DNA of 64,000 bases, taken from the NCBI GenBank assembly GCA_965209155.1, contig OZ242383.1, positions 832,001 to 896,000 of the forward strand, written 5' to 3'. The DNA is from a bacterium. Lineage in GTDB: Bacteria > SAR324 > NAC60-12. A program made the translations under genes and the position numbers. A model generated the notes under the pieces. The model did no database searches, was not told the origin of the DNA, and saw only the letters and a list, made by a program, of their open reading frames with translations. Shown here piece by piece: positions 17,957 through 27,662 of the stretch; the first letter of the stretch is position 1, and each line of letters begins with the position of its first letter.

Positions 17957-20506
17957 CTAAGCGGCGAACTGGTTCAGGGAAACGTAATCCTTGATGTACT
18001 CCGGAACCAGGGTCTTGAATTGATGCGGAACGGCCTGGAAGTCGGTGAGGGAAAGGACGGAATTGGTGGAAAGATCGGTGAAATCCCCGACATCGACGAC
18101 GTGGCGGACCCGGTTACTGGTCAGGTATGCTTTGAAAAAGGTCTTGATGGCCGGTACGGTGAGGGCTTCCTTCACTTTGTAATCGTCAACGAATTTGTGG
18201 AATTCCTCTTCGAGCAATTCGTCCCGGGACTTGAAACGGGGGATGAGGTCGAAGACCTTTTCCAGGATCTCGCGCAGGCTCAGGCGCCGGTCCACGGAGG
18301 CGGCTTTGCGCAACTTGTCGAGGCTGTAGTATTCCTCGGGTTTGTGGAACACTTCACGGTGGACGTAGTCGATCACGCGCTCCCACTCTCCGGATTCGAT
18401 GGCCGTGACGACCGTCTCGTCCCGGCGCACGGTATCCGCGAACCGGTCGAAGAGCATGCGGTCGATTTTCATGCCCTCGAGGCCGATGGGCGTTTCACTG
18501 ATATGGGAGAGGGCGTCCTCTTGCATGTATTCATAACCATAGCCGGTGATTGCGGTGGCGTCCTTTTCCCGCGTACCAACTTGCGACGAAGGGGATTGGG
18601 GGAGTTGCAGGACCTGGTCGTAGTCGAACTCCTGCTCGAAATATTCACAATTGCCGAAGAAATCGAAAAGCTTGAAGGCGGTTTTCTTCTGCTGCGATGG
18701 GTTGAGTTCTTCTTTGAGACGGGTATCGGAAAGCTGTTCCGCAAAGTCATGCTTGCGCGTGCCGCGTCCCTTGATCTGGACGAATTCGGTGGGAGAAAAG
18801 ACAGGGCGGAACATGCCGAGATTGAGAAGGTCGGTGCAATCGTAGCCGGTGGTCATCATACCCACGGTGACGCAGACTCGGGCTTTGCTGGTACGGTATG
18901 CAGGCAGAAAATTGCAGGCGCCGAGCAGGTTGTTGTTGGCGAAATTGATGGTGAACAACTGGGCGTCCGCTATCCGGGAGGTGACTTGAACCGCGAAATC
19001 GGACTGGTACCTGCCGGGAAAGACGGCATCCGCGAGTTGATTGAAGATTTGGGTGAGACGGGAGGCATGATCCTGGCTGACGGCGAAAACGATGGACTTG
19101 CCGACCTCGCCGCTGATCGGGTCACGCAGGGCATGTTTCAGGAAAGTGCGGCAAAACAGGAGGTTGGTCGCATCGGAAAAGAACTGCTTCTCGAACTGCC
19201 GTTTCCGGTAGCTTTCCTCATGCTGTTCGCCGGCGTCGTCCCTGAAGGAGATGACGAATCCTTCTTCTGAGAGGAGGGAAGTGGTCACCTCCGTACGCGC
19301 ATCGACCACGGTGGGGTTGATCAGACAATCGTCCCTGACGCCGTCGAGCAGTGAATAACGGAAGGTGGGTTGCGCGCTTTCGCATCCGAAGGTGCGGTAT
19401 GTGTCCCGTAGTAAGCGCCGTTCGACCTCGCGGGGATCGTCGGGCCGGGAGCGGTTGTGGACACCCTTGAGGTAGTCGTGGGGCGTGGCGGTCAATCCCA
19501 ACTTGTAGCCCACGAAATAGTCGAACACCGCCCTCGCGTTTCCGCTGATGGAACGATGGGCCTCATCGGAAATCACCAGGGTGAAATCCGTGGGGGAAAA
19601 CAACTGTCGGTACTTGTTGTTGAAGAGCAGGGATTGCACGGTACTGACCACGATCCCGGCCCGTCGCCAGTCTTCGCGTTTCTCCTTGTAGATGACCGTG
19701 TGGAAGTCGGCGGAGAGCAATTCCGTAAAGACTTTGCGGGCCTGCTCTTCCAATTCCAGCCGGTCCACGAGGAAAAGCACGCGATGGGCGTTGCCGGAAC
19801 GGAGAAAGAGCTTGACGACTGCCGCCGCAGTCAGCGTTTTGCCGGTGCCGGTGGCCATCTCGAAGAGAAAACGGTCATTCCCATCTCGCACCGACTGTTG
19901 CAAGGCATGGATGGCTTTCAGTTGATAAGGACGTAAAAAGCGCAGTTTGTTGATGCGAATGAAACCGGGACGTTCGTTTTCGTTCTTCCACGCCGCCTCG
20001 TCCGCATAGCCGGGGCGTTGGCTGAGCACGATGTAGTCCTCACGAACCTGCTCGTCGAGCAAGCGTTGCGGGAGAGGCGTGACCTTTTGATAGCCGTCCA
20101 CGGAACCGGGCGTGGGAAACGCGGTGACGAGGTGAGGATTGCCGCGCTCGAGATCCCAGAAATAGTGCAGGTTCCCGTTGGAAAGAATGATGAATCGACA
20201 GTTCAGCGAGCGGGCGTACTTGCGCGCTTGCTCTTTACCGCTTAAAGGGTCCTTCTCTTCGGACTTGGCCTCGAGCACGATGAGGGGAAACCCCCTCTCG
20301 TCGAGCAGGAGAAAGTCGATAAACCCCCGGGAGTTATGCTCGAAGTCGTTTCCCAGGTCATCGAGATCGGAGGTTTGAATCGTGACACCCGGCTCAAGGC
20401 GAATGTTGGCGGGTTGGTCCCCTTCCGGGAAGAAGCGCCACCCGGCCGCTTCGAGTAATCGATTGATCTTGATGCGTGCCGCCGCTTCGTTCATTTTGTG
20501 GGACAT
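17957..20506 (-). CDS. hsdR: Type I restriction endonuclease R subunit (EcoEI-like DEAD/DEAH helicase)
   Basis: GFIDFLL..VLEAK nuclease motif, LRPYQ, MATGTGKT, LFLVDR, DEAHRS, GLTATP and QIKGRGTR. Start is ATG 20506 (overlapping the csp stop) or 20494. Confidence 0.93.
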   Translation of the reverse strand: MSHKMNEAAARIKINRLLEAAGWRFFPEGDQPANIRLEPGVTIQTSDLDDLGNDFEHNSRGFIDFLLLDERGFPLIVLEAKSEEKDPLSGKEQARKYARSLNCRFIILSNGNLHYFWDLERGNPHLVTAFPTPGSVDGYQKVTPLPQRLLDEQVREDYIVLSQRPGYADEAAWKNENERPGFIRINKLRFLRPYQLKAIHALQQSVRDGNDRFLFEMATGTGKTLTAAAVVKLFLRSGNAHRVLFLVDRLELEEQARKVFTELLSADFHTVIYKEKREDWRRAGIVVSTVQSLLFNNKYRQLFSPTDFTLVISDEAHRSISGNARAVFDYFVGYKLGLTATPHDYLKGVHNRSRPDDPREVERRLLRDTYRTFGCESAQPTFRYSLLDGVRDDCLINPTVVDARTEVTTSLLSEEGFVISFRDDAGEQHEESYRKRQFEKQFFSDATNLLFCRTFLKHALRDPISGEVGKSIVFAVSQDHASRLTQIFNQLADAVFPGRYQSDFAVQVTSRIADAQLFTINFANNNLLGACNFLPAYRTSKARVCVTVGMMTTGYDCTDLLNLGMFRPVFSPTEFVQIKGRGTRKHDFAEQLSDTRLKEELNPSQQKKTAFKLFDFFGNCEYFEQEFDYDQVLQLPQSPSSQVGTREKDATAITGYGYEYMQEDALSHISETPIGLEGMKIDRMLFDRFADTVRRDETVVTAIESGEWERVIDYVHREVFHKPEEYYSLDKLRKAASVDRRLSLREILEKVFDLIPRFKSRDELLEEEFHKFVDDYKVKEALTVPAIKTFFKAYLTSNRVRHVVDVGDFTDLSTNSVLSLTDFQAVPHQFKTLVPEYIKDYVSLNQFAA

Positions 20507-20709
20507 CAAGATTCTTGAACAACAATTTTCACTTGGGTGGCGCAAGGGCCTCTGCGTCCTTCTCCGATTTCGAATTCCACGACGTCACCCGATTCCAGAC
20601 GTCTGTCCTCGATTTCCGAGTGGTGGACAAAGAGGTCTTCTCCATCTTCCTTTTCAATGAACCCGTATCCTTTTTTCGCGTTGTACCACTTCACTTTACC
20701 TTGTGCCAT
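20506..20709 (-). CDS. Cold-shock domain protein
   Basis: [18 protein letters not shown]...DLFVHHSEI (RNP1/RNP2 motifs). Confidence 0.93.
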   Translation of the reverse strand: MAQGKVKWYNAKKGYGFIEKEDGEDLFVHHSEIEDRRLESGDVVEFEIGEGRRGPCATQVKIVVQES

Positions 20710-20867
20710 CTTACCTTTTCTGTCATTTGCCAAGTCGATCACCCCGACTGAATGCAGCAGGGATTAAGGTGCCTTCGGTCAAGGCTGAACCAAACTTTGC
20801 TAGGTCTACTGGACTCCCCGGAAAAATTCAAGGGAAATGTGAATAGTGGCAGACTATGCAGGTGCGA

Positions 20868-21185
20868 TTATCCCATGCGCATCCAGAGGCAGTCCACGCC
20901 GTCCAGCGCCATGTGAATCAACAATCCCAAAGCAGGGAGGCGCAGGAGAGGCACGAAACAGAAAACGCCATAAAGCGCAATGGCTTCGTAGGAATGCAAG
21001 GGATGAAAGGGAATGCTGCAGCGATTGGCGTCAAATACTGGTGTAGCAAGAAGATGGTCGAGATCGACCAGGTTCGTACTGCTCATGATCAACCATGCCC
21101 TCCACCAACGGGCTTTGAAGGCCAAGCGAGCCACGATTCCGGGGACCAGGAAGTGTAGAATTACGTGGAGGAGGAGACGCAGCAT
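20868..21185 (-). CDS. DUF6122-family membrane protein
   Basis: HFLVP, LVDLDHLLATPVFDANRCSIPFHPLHSY and HMALDGVDC. Confidence 0.8.
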   Translation of the reverse strand: MLRLLLHVILHFLVPGIVARLAFKARWWRAWLIMSSTNLVDLDHLLATPVFDANRCSIPFHPLHSYEAIALYGVFCFVPLLRLPALGLLIHMALDGVDCLWMRMG

Positions 21186-21212
21186 ATTCAACGGTCCGGC
21201 AAGCAGGAGTGG

Positions 21213-21836
21213 TCAATAGAGTAAAGGAATCAACTTGAATTTCACTTTCTTTTGATAGGCGCGATACTCGGATATCTTTTCTAAAACTTCTTCCTCATAA
21301 CGGATACGCAGCACGAACAAGAAGATGGCCAGGCAAAAGACCAGTCCGTTTTTCCACGATGGGTAAGAAACGACAATTCCCGTATCGAGCAGGATATAGG
21401 AGGCATAGATGGGGTGCCGTACCAGTCGATAGGCCGCTGCAGTGCGGACACCGCGATATGCGGGAAGGATTCCGAAACACTTACCGAGGGAAAGAGTGGA
21501 CAACAAGGCCATTGCCCCGCCCAGAAAAACAAGAAATTTTCCTGCAGGATGTGGGGAAAGATCAACGACAGTGAACTCGTACATGAGATAATAATTAACG
21601 GAGGCCAGCGCAACCACGAAGGCCAGCGGGGAAGAGGAAAAGGCGAAGGGAGGATGTCGCATGAGAAACAAGACGGCGGCCGTGCCATGCAGCACAAACC
21701 AGATGATCAAATTGGCATCCGGATTGACCCGAATATCCAGGAATGTTTCATACGCCAACCCCAAGGCGATCGTTGCCCACACCAAGTTGAGGTATTTTTC
21801 GGACTGTACCAGTTTTTGCTGCGCGTTTCGCATCAT
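21213..21836 (-). CDS. Isoprenylcysteine carboxylmethyltransferase-family membrane protein
   Basis: Hydrophobic helices, YRLVRHPIY, RIRYEEEVL and YRAYQKKVKFKLIP. Confidence 0.85.
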   Translation of the reverse strand: MMRNAQQKLVQSEKYLNLVWATIALGLAYETFLDIRVNPDANLIIWFVLHGTAAVLFLMRHPPFAFSSSPLAFVVALASVNYYLMYEFTVVDLSPHPAGKFLVFLGGAMALLSTLSLGKCFGILPAYRGVRTAAAYRLVRHPIYASYILLDTGIVVSYPSWKNGLVFCLAIFLFVLRIRYEEEVLEKISEYRAYQKKVKFKLIPLLY

Positions 21837-21846
21837 AACCCGTTCC

Positions 21847-22674
21847 TTACCCGCTGGCTTGCCGCTTTTCCCGGATCAGGTACTTGAAAGTTCGCAACCC
21901 GGTTTCGATCAACAAATCTTCCGCCTCGTCTTTCTTTTCCATTGTAATGAATTCATCCGTGATGCGATTGGCGAAAACGACGCAAATGGAGCCTGCCCGG
22001 AAATTTTTCAAGGAGGAGAGGGTGAACAGCGTGCTGGTTTCCATTTCGAGGTTATAAACGTTGATGGCGTTCAGGTCGGGCACGAGGTCCGGTTTTCTGC
22101 TGGAGAATCCGGCCACGCTGCGTCCCTGTGCTGCATAAAATCCGGAGCAAGTGGCGGTGATTCCTACATGACATCGACTCTTCATGCGGGTGGTGGTTTC
22201 GACAAGGGCTTGCACCATTTCGTAATGAGCAAGGGCCGGGTAACTTTCGGGAACGTAACTCAATGAAGTGTCTTCCAATCGCATAGCCCCCGTGCTGATC
22301 ACCAAGTCTCCGATTTCAATAAAATCCTGCAATCCTCCACAACTGCCGATTCGTAAAAAAGTTGGATTGTCCACGCATTGAGAGAGTTCCACAATGGCGA
22401 TTTCCGTGTTGTCACAGCCTATGCCGGTGGCACATACGGTGATTCGTTCCTCCTGGTATTCTCCGGTAATGGTCACATACTCACGGTAGCGATTGTCCAC
22501 TTCAACGTGTCTGAATTTGTCGGCGGTTCGCTCCGCCCGCTCCGGGTCTCCGCACAAGAGTACGTAGTCGGCGACTTCACCGGGAGCGGTGGCAAGGTGA
22601 TACTGACGCCCCTCCGAGTCTTTCACCTCCCGTGCCGATTTCAACCTTCCTTTTGCCGTCGAATGACTTTTCAT
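21847..22674 (-). CDS. udp: Uridine/nucleoside phosphorylase
   Basis: QYHL, LLCGDPERA, REY, TGIG, RIGSCG, FYAAQGR and EMETS. Confidence 0.85.
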   Translation of the reverse strand: MKSHSTAKGRLKSAREVKDSEGRQYHLATAPGEVADYVLLCGDPERAERTADKFRHVEVDNRYREYVTITGEYQEERITVCATGIGCDNTEIAIVELSQCVDNPTFLRIGSCGGLQDFIEIGDLVISTGAMRLEDTSLSYVPESYPALAHYEMVQALVETTTRMKSRCHVGITATCSGFYAAQGRSVAGFSSRKPDLVPDLNAINVYNLEMETSTLFTLSSLKNFRAGSICVVFANRITDEFITMEKKDEAEDLLIETGLRTFKYLIREKRQASG

Positions 22675-22892
22675 GACTTCTTTTTTATCGTAATGGCATG
22701 ACTTTTCACTTGAAGATTATTACGCCTATCACCTTGTTGTTGAAAGCGCAAGGCAGACCTCTTTTCTCACTCAATTTGAGGGCTTCCACAATGAGATAGA
22801 ATTTTTCGCTGGTATTTAGTTGGAATCGTGTTACATAATAATCGTCATCATGCCATTGAATCCTTGACCCGATCCCTGTAAAGAGATCCTGG

Positions 22893-23426
22893 ATGAATTT
22901 TTGTAGTCACTGCGGAACACGCGTCCGATTGGGTATCCCTCCTGATGACAACCGGGAGCGATACATCTGCGATGCTTGCGGTAAAATCCATTACGAGAAT
23001 CCCAATATCATCGCGGGTTGCTTGCCACGTTGGGGAAACAGGATTTTGCTCTGCCAGCGCGCAATTGCGCCACAAAAAGGCCTTTGGACGGTACCTGCGG
23101 GTTTTTTGGAAAATGAAGAAACCGTGGAGCAGGGAGCACTCCGCGAAACCCAGGAAGAAGCCAATGCGGACGTAGAAATCGTACGGCTTTTCGCGGTTTC
23201 CAGTATCCCGCGCATCAACCAGGTCTATATGTTTTTCCTGGCAAACCTGAAGAATCGCAATTTCTCCCCCGGACCGGAAAGCCTGGATTTACGCCTTTAC
23301 AGTGAAGACGAAATCGAGTGGGAGAAACTGGCCTTCAGTTCGGTGGAATTCGCTTTGAAAAAATATTTCCATGATCCCCACAACCCCCAGGTGCATTGCA
23401 ACACGCTTCATTTCAACCGACCTTAA
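22893..23426 (+). CDS. NUDIX hydrolase with N-terminal zinc ribbon
   Basis: MNFCSHCG...CDACGKIHYENP and Nudix box AGFLENEETVEQGALRETQEEA. Confidence 0.93.
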   Translation: MNFCSHCGTRVRLGIPPDDNRERYICDACGKIHYENPNIIAGCLPRWGNRILLCQRAIAPQKGLWTVPAGFLENEETVEQGALRETQEEANADVEIVRLFAVSSIPRINQVYMFFLANLKNRNFSPGPESLDLRLYSEDEIEWEKLAFSSVEFALKKYFHDPHNPQVHCNTLHFNRP

Positions 23427-23462
23427 GAAGCACGTCCCGAAATTTTTATCGAAAACAAGAGA

Positions 23463-23666
23463 TTGAACGTGGATGAAGACTTCATTTCAGCAAAAGAATA
23501 CCTTTTCAAAATTTGTCCCTTCTGTGGAGAGTATCCGGAGGTAGAGTTACTGGAAATCGAGCAGTACGTTCTCAGCCATCAATGTCACGTGGTCCAGTTT
23601 GAAAGCGATTACCTGACCCTGGACGCTTTGCAGGATCTCTGGAACACACGGGAAGAGGAGGTCTGA
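23463..23666 (+). CDS. Small CPFCG...WNxR protein (Lar/restriction-alleviation-like zinc ribbon)
   Basis: KICPFCGEYP...HQC...DLWNTR. Confidence 0.5.
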   Translation: MNVDEDFISAKEYLFKICPFCGEYPEVELLEIEQYVLSHQCHVVQFESDYLTLDALQDLWNTREEEV

Positions 23667-23793
23667 GGGATGGACGTTATGGTTCCAAAAAAAGTGAAGC
23701 TGCAACCACGCAATAAGGAAGGTATCACTCTCTATCCTTTTCCCCGTCTTTTTATTGTTGCTCGCGTTTGAAAAACGAGGCCCGATTTTCCGC

Positions 23794-25752
23794 TCAAACA
23801 GGGCGATTGAAGCGTTTTTCCAATTCTTGTTCGGAAATTTCTATTGCAATCGGCCGTCCATGAGGATGGAATGAGACGGATTTTATAAGGTCCAGACGGG
23901 AAATCAATTCCCGCATGACCTCCAACGAAAGCGTCTCTCCTGATTTGATAGCGGCATGACAAGCCACTTTTTCCAGAATATGCTGGATTATTTCATCAGG
24001 TCTTCGACTTTTTCCGAAAAGAACCAATTCCTCCAGCACCGACAAAATGGTTGCCTGGCAGACATCCTGTTTTAACAGGCGAGGGATGCCGTGAATGGCA
24101 TAAGTCGTTTTACCGAAAGGTTCGATGTTGAATCCCAACTTCTGAAAATATGAAAGATGCTGTTCCAGTAAAATCGCATTTTGAGGACTGAGTTCCATGA
24201 GCCGGGGAACCGGGAACGATTCGGTCCGGATGTTGTCTGCTTGAAATTCTTCACGATAGTGGGCGTAGTGGTCCTGTTCCGATGCCGCGTGCTGGTCGAA
24301 GAGTATGATTCGATCTTTTTTTTCAACCAGGATGTAGCGGCGTTGAATTTGTCCCAAGACGCGCAAGGGTGCTTCCTTCAGCGGGTTCGTGATAGCTTCT
24401 GAAGATAAGGTAGAGAGGGGGGGCGTTTTTTTGTCCGAGCTGGTTTTCAATGAAACGGAGTGCTGGGGTACCGAAGCATGCCTGGCGCCACCTTTGGATT
24501 TTTTGTTTTTCTTCTCACTGGCCCGTCCGGGAGTTCGAAGAGAAGTCGTTTTTGCCGCTCTTGTGGATGACGATTCCGAGGAAATGGGAATTTCCATTTG
24601 TTCTTGCGGGAGAGGGCGCTGGGGATTGGGAAATATGGAAGTTTGAAACGAATCGGATGGCTTTGCCGAAGGGCGATCCAAATCTCGAGACGGGAAAGTT
24701 TCACGGGCGATGGTTCCTTGCATTTGATTGCCGAAATGCCGCCGATGTGAAGCCTCCATGAGCGCTTTTCCCAACTGGTCGACCAAAATGGTATGTATCA
24801 ATTGACTGTTACGAAAACGAATTTCCGTTTTTGCGGGGTGGACGTTCACATCCACCTCGGAGGGGTCCAGGAACAGTTTGAGAAAAAAAACCGGATGCTG
24901 GTTTTTCATCAGCAAGGTGCGATAAGCGTCATAAATGGCATGGTTCACTGGAGGGCACTTGACGAAGCGATCATTGACGAACAGGTATTGCCAGCGCTTC
25001 GTAGATTTGGCGTGAGTGGGGGCAGAAAGAAAACCTTCATATTGTAAATAGGATTCCTCATATTCGATGGGGAGCAATCCTTCTTGAAATTCATCACCAA
25101 AGAGTTGGTAAATGCGTTGTTCCAAAGACTCCCCTTTGGGAAGGCTGAATACCGACTGTTGGTTGTGGATCAAGCGGAATTGAATATGCGGCCAGGCCAG
25201 CGCTTGATGCAAAATCGCCTCTTGAATATGGCGAAATTCGGTGGGGGTGGTTTTCATGAATTTCAGACGAGCCGGCGTGTTGAAAAAGAGATGCTCGACG
25301 GAAATTTTAGTCCCACGAGGGAATCCCGTTTTCGACAATTCCTCCAAAGCCCCCCCTTTGATCAGTAACCTTGTCCCACCTTGGTTATCATCATGACAAG
25401 TCAATAGTTCAAATTGAGACACGGAAGCAATTGAAGCGAGCGCCTCTCCACGAAATCCCAAGGTCTCGATTTGATCCAAATCCTCTTCCTCGTATATTTT
25501 ACTGGTGGCGTGTCGTTCAATGGCCAAGCGGGCATCGTCTTCGTCCATTCCACTGCCGTTGTCCAGGATGCTAATCAAATCCTTTCCGCCATTTTTCACA
25601 GTCACCGAAATTTGATCCGCTCCGGCATCAATTGCGTTTTCCACCAACTCTTTGATGATGGATGCCGGGCGTTCCACCACCTCACCAGCCGCTATCTTGT
25701 TGATGAGTTGCTCCGGAAGAATTTTAACAGGTCGGTTGACGGAATCGCGCAT
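23794..25752 (-). CDS. mutL: DNA mismatch repair protein MutL
   Basis: IAAGEVVERPASIIKELVENAIDA, GFRGEALASI, VDVNVHPAK, DQHAA and PHGRP. Confidence 0.97.
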   Translation of the reverse strand: MRDSVNRPVKILPEQLINKIAAGEVVERPASIIKELVENAIDAGADQISVTVKNGGKDLISILDNGSGMDEDDARLAIERHATSKIYEEEDLDQIETLGFRGEALASIASVSQFELLTCHDDNQGGTRLLIKGGALEELSKTGFPRGTKISVEHLFFNTPARLKFMKTTPTEFRHIQEAILHQALAWPHIQFRLIHNQQSVFSLPKGESLEQRIYQLFGDEFQEGLLPIEYEESYLQYEGFLSAPTHAKSTKRWQYLFVNDRFVKCPPVNHAIYDAYRTLLMKNQHPVFFLKLFLDPSEVDVNVHPAKTEIRFRNSQLIHTILVDQLGKALMEASHRRHFGNQMQGTIARETFPSRDLDRPSAKPSDSFQTSIFPNPQRPLPQEQMEIPISSESSSTRAAKTTSLRTPGRASEKKNKKSKGGARHASVPQHSVSLKTSSDKKTPPLSTLSSEAITNPLKEAPLRVLGQIQRRYILVEKKDRIILFDQHAASEQDHYAHYREEFQADNIRTESFPVPRLMELSPQNAILLEQHLSYFQKLGFNIEPFGKTTYAIHGIPRLLKQDVCQATILSVLEELVLFGKSRRPDEIIQHILEKVACHAAIKSGETLSLEVMRELISRLDLIKSVSFHPHGRPIAIEISEQELEKRFNRPV

Positions 25753-25754
25753 AT

Positions 25755-25988
25755 TCAGCTTTTTTCCTCTGTAAGTTCCCAGCCTGTCGATGGAAGAGTA
25801 TCGTGGGAGGATTCAGAGACATCCGGCTGGGTGGAGATTTGATATTTTTCACCTGCCCATGCCGCTTGATCCAGGGTCTGACAGCGCTTCGAGCAAAAGG
25901 GACGAAAAGGGGTGCTCACCCAGTCGATCGTTTTTGCGCATTGGGGACATTGTACGATTAATCTTTTTCGAGAATCCGACGCTTTCAT
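25755..25988 (-). CDS. yacG: DNA gyrase inhibitor YacG
   Basis: VQCPQCAK...FRPFCSKRCQTLD..AWAGEKY. Confidence 0.9.
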   Translation of the reverse strand: MKASDSRKRLIVQCPQCAKTIDWVSTPFRPFCSKRCQTLDQAAWAGEKYQISTQPDVSESSHDTLPSTGWELTEEKS

Positions 25989-26012
25989 GAATCCATACCT
26001 TCCACGAATTAT

Positions 26013-27461
26013 TCAATCGATAGTGTGGGAACCATCGTCCTTTCGCAATTCCAGCAATTCAATTTTTTTGCGCAAGGTGTTGCGGTTGATTCCCAAAATT
26101 CTGGCACTGCGGTTTTGATTCCATTTTGTGTTTTCCAAGGTCAATTTCAGCAAAGGTCGTTCCAGTTGGGGCATGATAAAATCCATCAGGGCAGTTCCTT
26201 CCTGCTGGATGTATAGGGCCACTGTCGATTTGATTTTGGAATAAACCAACGCTTCCAGGTTCCCTTCTTCTTCCACATAAAGAGACGGACGCAAAATGTT
26301 GAGGGGAAGCGTATCGAGGGTGATGATTTCAGAAACATTGGCGATCATCAGACTTTTAATCACGTTTTCCAATTCTCTGATATTACCAGGCCAGTGATAT
26401 TGTTGCAGCTTGGACAAGACTTCCGGAGCCAGACGCTTATTGTAAACCGCCATTTCTTTTTGTCCTTTTCGTAAAAAATGTTCCGTCAATAAAAGAATAT
26501 CTTCGCGATGCTCCCTCAGAGGTGGAACGTATATGGAAAAAACATTGATCCGATAATACAAATCTGTTCGAAAAAGCCCTTCTTTGACCAGTTTTTCCAA
26601 GGTGCGATGAGTGGCTGCAATCACGCGCATGTCCGTTTTTACTTCCTCATGTCCGCCAACCCGTTCAAATATTTTTTCCTGCAAGACCCGCAGCAATTTG
26701 CTTTGCAACCCCAGGGGCATGTCACCGATTTCGTCGAGAAAAAGGGTTCCGGTATGGGCTAATTCCAATTTGCCCCTTTTTCGCTCTCCTGCTCCGGTAA
26801 AAGCGCCTTTCTCGTGACCGAACAATTCGGATTCGAGAAGTTCTGAAGGAATGGCGGCGCAATTGAGGGCGATGAAGGGCCGGTTAGCTCGTGCGGAGTG
26901 CTGGTGGATGGAACGGGCGATCAATTCTTTGCCGGTACCACTTTCACCGAGAATCAAAACGGTGAGGTCGGTCGAAGCCACTCTTCCAACAGCCTTATAC
27001 AAAGCATGCATGGTTTTGCTGTTTCCTACCAGCAATTCTTCTTTCCCCTTCCTGACAAATTGATTTGTCTTTTGACTGGCACGATTACTGAGTACAACTG
27101 TTGCAGCCTGTTTCACCAGGGATTCCGCTTCTTCGATATCAAAAGGTTTGGCAATGTATTCATAGGCCCCTTTTTTCATGGCAGTGATCGTGTTGCGCAT
27201 GGTGCTCTGGCCCGTGATCACGATGGCGAGTAAGGAGGGAAAGCGTTGCAGCATCTCTTCCATCAGCGACAGACCATCCTGGTCCGGCAGGTTGATATCG
27301 ATAAAAGCGATGTCGACAGGCCGTGTTCGCATGAGACGTTTCGCCTCCGCCGCCGTCTCTGCCATGAGCAACGTGTAACCAAATCGAGAAAATGTTTGCT
27401 GCAAGACCCAGCGAATGCTTTGCTCGTCATCAATAATTAAAACATGAATGGAATCGTCCAT
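26013..27461 (-). CDS. Sigma-54-dependent response regulator (NtrC family)
   Basis: Receiver domain (IIDDE, DINLP, KPF), GESGTGKE, GAFTGA, WPGNIRELEN and Fis HTH LGINRNTLRKK. Confidence 0.95.
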   Translation of the reverse strand: MDDSIHVLIIDDEQSIRWVLQQTFSRFGYTLLMAETAAEAKRLMRTRPVDIAFIDINLPDQDGLSLMEEMLQRFPSLLAIVITGQSTMRNTITAMKKGAYEYIAKPFDIEEAESLVKQAATVVLSNRASQKTNQFVRKGKEELLVGNSKTMHALYKAVGRVASTDLTVLILGESGTGKELIARSIHQHSARANRPFIALNCAAIPSELLESELFGHEKGAFTGAGERKRGKLELAHTGTLFLDEIGDMPLGLQSKLLRVLQEKIFERVGGHEEVKTDMRVIAATHRTLEKLVKEGLFRTDLYYRINVFSIYVPPLREHREDILLLTEHFLRKGQKEMAVYNKRLAPEVLSKLQQYHWPGNIRELENVIKSLMIANVSEIITLDTLPLNILRPSLYVEEEGNLEALVYSKIKSTVALYIQQEGTALMDFIMPQLERPLLKLTLENTKWNQNRSARILGINRNTLRKKIELLELRKDDGSHTID

Positions 27462-27662
27462 AATCAATTTAATTTTTCAGAATAAGTTCCGATTCATCTC
27501 GAAAAGACCGATCCCCAACAAGCCGTCAATACCAGGTACTGGCAGGTTTGAAACCGCATATGTCCGATGACCTGTCCCCAAGGCAGGCAACGGCAACAAT
27601 CTTCGCTGTCTTTAGGGGGAATCATATCATTTCTGAGTCAAAAGACGACCTCTTATTGACGC

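Noticed and set aside
16685..19270. Long + strand ORFs of 339 and 517 aa
   Set aside because: Antisense shadows of the GC-rich hsdM and hsdR genes; no recognisable motifs.
20507..20545. hsdR start at 20545
   Set aside because: Lies inside the cold-shock gene; ATG 20506 or 20494 fits better.
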